Origin: Octopus vulgaris
Taxonomy: Eukaryota
Length of the DNA stretch: 64,000 nt
Assembly (NCBI GenBank): GCA_951406725.2
Contig: OX597839.1
Coordinates: forward strand, 38,068,001 to 38,132,000
Direction of reading: 5' to 3'
Shown here: positions 59,463 through 64,000 of the stretch, piece after piece
Position numbering within the stretch: the stretch's first letter is position 1
How the letters are laid out: each line of letters opens with the position of its first letter
Program-made: the position numbers and the translations under genes
Notes under the pieces: model-generated
Told to the model about the DNA's origin: nothing
The model's database searches: none
The model's input: the letters and a program-made list of their open reading frames with translations, nothing else

Positions 59463-59892
59463 CACCCTCTTCTTGTAATATTTTAATAAACATGTATTTT
59501 ACTAAAAAGTATTTGAGTAAATTTTGAATTTAATTTTAATTGTAAATTGTTTTATATCTAGCACGACAAAAACAAACATATATATGCTCATTTCTTTTGC
59601 AGACATGTGACAGCTACAGAAGTCCTTCAACTGATGAAGTTGAGCAGACGTGAGTCCTGATTGTTATTTTTCTCTCCCTTAAAACCATACAAAATCCAAA
59701 TCGAATTTTACATCACCAGGTCACTTCACATTACCTCCTATCTTTAACTAACAGCGAAGCTACACCTCCACGTCAACTTACAACACAGCTCTACTTAACG
59801 TTTTATCCATCAGCTACTCAGTGACACGATGGCCTACGGATTGAGCGAATACAGCTCTCTGGCTTTCTGTATCTATCTCCAGGGATGTAGTA

Positions 59893-60266
59893 GAGGCGCA
59901 ATGGCCCAGTGGTTAGGGCAGCGGACTCGCGGTCATAGGATCGCGGTTTCGATTCCCAGACCGGGCGTTGTGAGTGTTTATTGAGCGAAAACACCTAAAA
60001 GCTCCACGAGGCTCCGGCAGGGGATGGTGGTGATCCCTGCTGTACTCTTTCACCACAACTTTCTCACTCTTACTTCCTGTTTCTGTTGTACCTGTACTTC
60101 AAAGGGCCGGCCTTGTCACTCTCTGTGTCACGCTGAATATCCCCGAGAACTACGTTAAGGGTACACGTGTCTGTGGAGTGCTCAGCCACTTACACGTTAA
60201 TTTCACGAGCAGGCTGTTCCGTTGGTTCGGAACCCTCGTCGTCGTAACCGACGGAGTGCTTCCACC
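59893..60266 (+). mobile_element. tRNA-derived SINE family 3, full length
   Basis: A box TGGCCCAGTGG, B box GTTTCGATTCC, tail ..CACGAGCAGGCTGTTCCG..GACGGAGTGC; imperfect TSD CCAG(G/T)GATGTA. Confidence 0.85.
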
Positions 60267-60585
60267 AGTGATGTATTGCGATCACCAGTAATGACCTATC
60301 GATCACGGTTCAATATTTATGGGCACAAATGGAATGTAGTTGCCACAAGGCAGTTGATTCTATCAGGCTGAGTAAAAAGTAAGCAACGTTTTGAACCATG
60401 AAAAATTTGTACCGGATTTTTGCAAAGTGCTGAATATTTTAAAACATTTTTTGCAATTGTCTAATAATACAGAATTAGGCTCACCCAAATGCATCAATAA
60501 ATTAACATTCTTCACCCTGGTGGCAAATAAATAAAATCATTATTATTGTTGTTGCTACTGCTGCTGCTGTTGTTGTTGTTATCGA

Positions 60586-61316
60586 GGCGGCTAGCTGGCA
60601 GAATCGTTAGCACGCCGGGCGAAATGCTTAGCAGTATTTCGTCTGCCGCTACCTTCTGAGTTCAAATTCCGCCGAGGTCGACTTTGCCTTTCATCCTTTC
60701 GGGGTCGAAAAATTAAAGTACCAGTTATGCACTGGGATCGATATAATCGACTTAATACCTATGTCTGTCCTTGTTTGTCCTCTCTGTGTTTAGCCCCTTG
60801 TGGGTACTAAAGAAATAGGTATTTCGTCTGTCTTTATGTTCTGAGTTCAAATTCCGCCGAGGTCGACTTTGCCTTTCATCCTTTCGGGGTCGATTAAATA
60901 AGTACCAGTTACACACTGGGGTCGATGTTATCGACTTTATTCGTTTGTCTGTCCTTGTTTGTCCTCTCTGTGTTTAGCCCCTTGTGGGTAGTAAAGAAAT
61001 AGGTATTTCGTCTGCCGCTACGTTCTGAGTTCGAATTCCGCCGAGGTCGACTTTGCCTTTCATCCTTTCGGGGTCGATAAATTAAGTACCAGTTACGCAC
61101 TGGGGTCGATATAATCGACTTAATATTTTATGTCTGTCCTTGTTTGTCCTCTCTGTGTTTAGCCCCTTGTGGGTAGTAAAGAAATAGGTATTTCGTCTGC
61201 CGCTACGTTCTGAGTTCGAATTCCGCCGAGGTCGACTTTGCCTTTCATCCTTTCGGGGTCGATTAAATAAGTACCAGTTACGCACTGGGTTGGGTAGTAA
61301 AGAAATAGGTATTTCG
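60586..61316 (+). mobile_element. Tandem array of SINE family 2 (one head plus four bodies)
   Basis: Unit starts GTATTTCG at 60634, 60819, 61003, 61188 and 61309. Confidence 0.9.
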
Positions 61317-61686
61317 TTAAACCGTTTCGTCCCTCTCCCTTCCCGTCGCCTGCATCTTGTTCGTTCACATCTCACGTTTGATGGCATTACAACACTGCAT
61401 CATAGCCTTCTTCCCATTTTCCTCCTGCTCCTCCTCCTGCTCCTCCTCACCTTCCTTCATCTCAAGTTTCTTGATCCCTTGGTACTCTCCACAACGTCTT
61501 TTCACAACGTTTAGGTCCTCGTTCTTTTAAAATCATCTTTCATTTCATGACGTTGATTATCACATCCACATCCGTTCTTTCTTTCTTGGACTCTTTTTTT
61601 TCCTTCTTTCACTCATTCTCTTTTTCCTTCTTTCCTTCCTTCATTCGTTCGTTCGTTCTTTCATTATTTTCTTTCTTTCTTTTCAG

Positions 61687-61912
61687 GTATGTAACCGGTG
61701 GATAAAGGTAGCCGGATGTTGATTATACGACGAAGAAAAAAACACGCGCACACACACGCACACACATACACTTCCAAGAGTACTGACAAAATAATATAAT
61801 ATTATATATACACATATATATATACATATTTATATTTTCTTCATATATATATATATACGTTCCTGTATGTCACAAATATCAAAATTCCCATAAAATTTTG
61901 GTTTTTTAAAAG

Positions 61913-61983
<71 letters not shown>

Positions 61984-62095
61984 TTGAAGCACCCGCTAAC
62001 TTGGATGTTTAGAAGTTGTAAGGTGTAAAAGAAACAAGGAAAACCAAGCAATTCAACCTCCCATATAGGCCTGAGAACAAAGACAGTTTTTTAAA
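61687..62095 (+). other. Probable 5' UTR part of the NOS exon, downstream of a strong splice acceptor
   Basis: About 100-nt polypyrimidine tract (61575-61683) ending in TTTCAG at 61686; no comparable acceptor closer to the ATG; contains (AAT)n and four upstream ATGs. Confidence 0.6.
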
Positions 62096-63325
62096 ATGTC
62101 TTACATACCTAATACACTTTTAGTGAAAGTTAAAAAATCCCACGACCTAGGTCTCGGATTCGCGGTTAACGAAAGGCCTTCAAAACCCCATGTGATGATT
62201 AGCGAGGTCTTTCTTAATGGACCGGCCAAAGAAACTGGACAGATCTACGTCGGTGACTCAATTCTGCGAATCAATGATATTGACGTTAGTGACATGAATT
62301 TCGACCAAGTGGCCGACATTCTGAAGAACGTAGTCGTGGACGAAACCGTGACGTTATTTTTGAAAGGTCCTGAAGGCAGCATGACGCATTTAGAGACCAT
62401 ATTTCTGGATAATGGAACCCCTCGTACCATGCGAGTGACAAAACCGATCCCTAATGAATCGTTTGTCAACAGATTAAAGCGGACGTTCGGTCCATCTGTT
62501 CCGTCGGCAGTGAACCCTATTCGACGGTTTTATCACATGGACTCTGGAAAGACTAAGAAAAACAATGCGTCCCCTAAAAAGGAACCGTTTTTTCCCAACG
62601 ATAAAACATCGTCTCTGACGTCGTCGACGTCGTCCTCGTCAACGACCCCGAAAAGAAAGACACATTCGTTTTCGGACGGCTCAGACATCATTCGAAACGG
62701 TTCGCTCCCTGTAGATTGTCCGGATCGTTCGGACGTGAACTGCCAGACGCGCAAGAATATTGTCAACACTGCGCCAAACCCCGCTAACGCCGTCAAAGAG
62801 ACTGTCTTGGAAGATAGTAGAAACGGGTCTCCAAAGATCACTTTGACCGCTGTGCAGAGTGTTCCTGGAGATCCGAATTCCACTAACTTACAGAACCAGA
62901 TGTCTGGAGATCGCGGTATCGGAGGCGGTGGTGGCGGTGGCGATGGTGGCGGTGGTGTTAGAGGTGTCCGTAGCGACGGTTATGGGGATTATGATGTGAT
63001 AGTGATCAAACAGGAACAAAACCAGATCAAAGTGATAATGGCGAATGAAGACGGCGGCAGCGTGTCGGAAACGATAAGAGACGACAAGAGCAACACGAAC
63101 GCGGTGATTGGGGACGAAAAGAAAACTGCCGCCGTGAACGACGTCGTCAACGGAACGCCAACTAAAAGCAGGTCTCGCAGCGGCAGCAGACACAACCTGT
63201 ACTGCGAGAACACTGGTCGAGGGTCACCAGAACGCAGAGGGTCGAGCCCCGTGAAATACTGCAAACTGAAATGCTACCAAACTGAGAAAGTGACCACGGA
63301 TATGTTGCACTTGAAAAGTGTTGAG
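62096..63325 (+). CDS. NOS: First coding exon (410 codons) of a PDZ-domain nitric oxide synthase (nNOS/NOS1-like); gene continues downstream
   Basis: aa 5-117 align without gaps to the nNOS PDZ plus beta-finger (GLGF loop; KGPEGSMTHLETIFLDNGTPRTMRVTKP vs nNOS RGPEGFTTHLETTFTGDGTPKTIRVTQP). The end KYCKLKCYQTEKVTTDMLHLKSVE matches the start of the NOS oxygenase domain (nNOS RFLKVKNWETEVVLTDTLHLKSTLE). AAAATG context, in-frame TGA at 62072, phase-0 donor GAG|GTAAGA at 63326. nNOS comparison is from memory. Confidence 0.92.
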
Positions 63326-63493
63326 GTAAGATTAATTTTTTATAAAAAACATTCTCTCTGTTTCTTTTTTTCTTTTCTATTTCATATATGAGTGTGTGTG
63401 AGAGTGTGAAGGCGTGTGTGTGTGCATGGGGTGGGGTGTATGTGTGTGTGGGGGTAGTACACGAGGGTGTGTATATACGTGTGTGTGCGTGTT

Positions 63494-63707
63494 AGCTGGC
63501 AGAAACGGTAGCACGCCGGGCGAAATGCTTAGCAGTATTTCGTCTGCCGCTGCGTTCTGAGTTCAAATTCCGCCGAGGTTGACTTTACCTTTCATCCTTT
63601 CGGGGTCGATTTAATAAGTACCATTTACGCCCTGGGGTCGATATAATCGACTTAATCCGTTTGTCTGTCCTCTCTGTGTGTAGCCCCTTGTGGGCAGTAA
63701 AGAAATA
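63494..63707 (+). mobile_element. SINE family 2 in the NOS intron
   Basis: Same consensus. Confidence 0.85.
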
Positions 63708-63784
63708 AAATAGATAGACAGACAAGCAGAAAGACAGACAGATAGAGAGATGGATAGTAGATACACAGATAGACTATACATATA

Positions 63785-64000
63785 GTGGCACTCCGTCAGT
63801 TACGAAGACGATGGTTCCAGTTGATCTGATCAACGGAACAGCCTGCTCGTGAAATTAACGTGCAAGTGGCTGAGCACTCTACAGACACGTGTACCCTTAA
63901 CGTAGTTCTCGGGGAGATTCAGCGCGACACAGTGTGTGACAAAGCTTGCCCTTTGAAATGCAGGTACAACATAAACAAGAAGAAAGAGTGAGAGAAAGTT
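63785..64000 (-). mobile_element. SINE family 3, 3' part (cut by window edge)
   Basis: Reverse-complement match to ~60056-60260. Confidence 0.85.

Noticed and set aside
59893-59965. tRNA gene
   Set aside because: tRNA-like head continues into a SINE body shared with other copies
60634-61316. CRISPR-like or tRNA-gene array
   Set aside because: Units are whole SINE bodies with no unique spacers and no full cloverleaf; eukaryotic context
62245-63264. Antisense ORFs over the NOS exon
   Set aside because: Shadow ORFs of a GC-richer coding exon
63326-63391. Last 21 codons of the 431-aa ORF
   Set aside because: Read-through past the GTAAGA donor into the intron; NOS homology ends at LKSVE

Overview
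Animal genomic DNA, AT-rich and dominated by microsatellites ((TA)n, (CATA)n, (GATA)n, (ATC)n, (AAT)n), so nearly all ORFs in the supplied track are artefacts. The three tRNA-derived SINE families look like those described from Octopus, so a coleoid cephalopod source is inferred (not verified). One real gene is visible: a large first coding exon (62096-63325, +) of a PDZ-containing, nNOS-like nitric oxide synthase that continues beyond the window. The rest is upstream or intronic DNA with SINEs, a deleted mariner, a CR1-group LINE remnant, a maT/DD37D remnant, a non-autonomous Helitron, MITEs and decayed Penelope-like sequence. Two less obvious signals stand out. (1) About 14 short type I hammerhead-ribozyme motifs from several unrelated repeat families, with palindromic stem III (dimer type), often in inverted pairs within (TA)n tracts and carrying non-canonical cores (a family-wide A6U, U4C, U3-A8). 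(2) The NOS exon acceptor is fused to a donor consensus (Yn-CAG|GTATGT), a recursive-splice-like site that could switch the whole PDZ exon on or off. All coordinates and folds were read by eye; no activity or expression is demonstrated.
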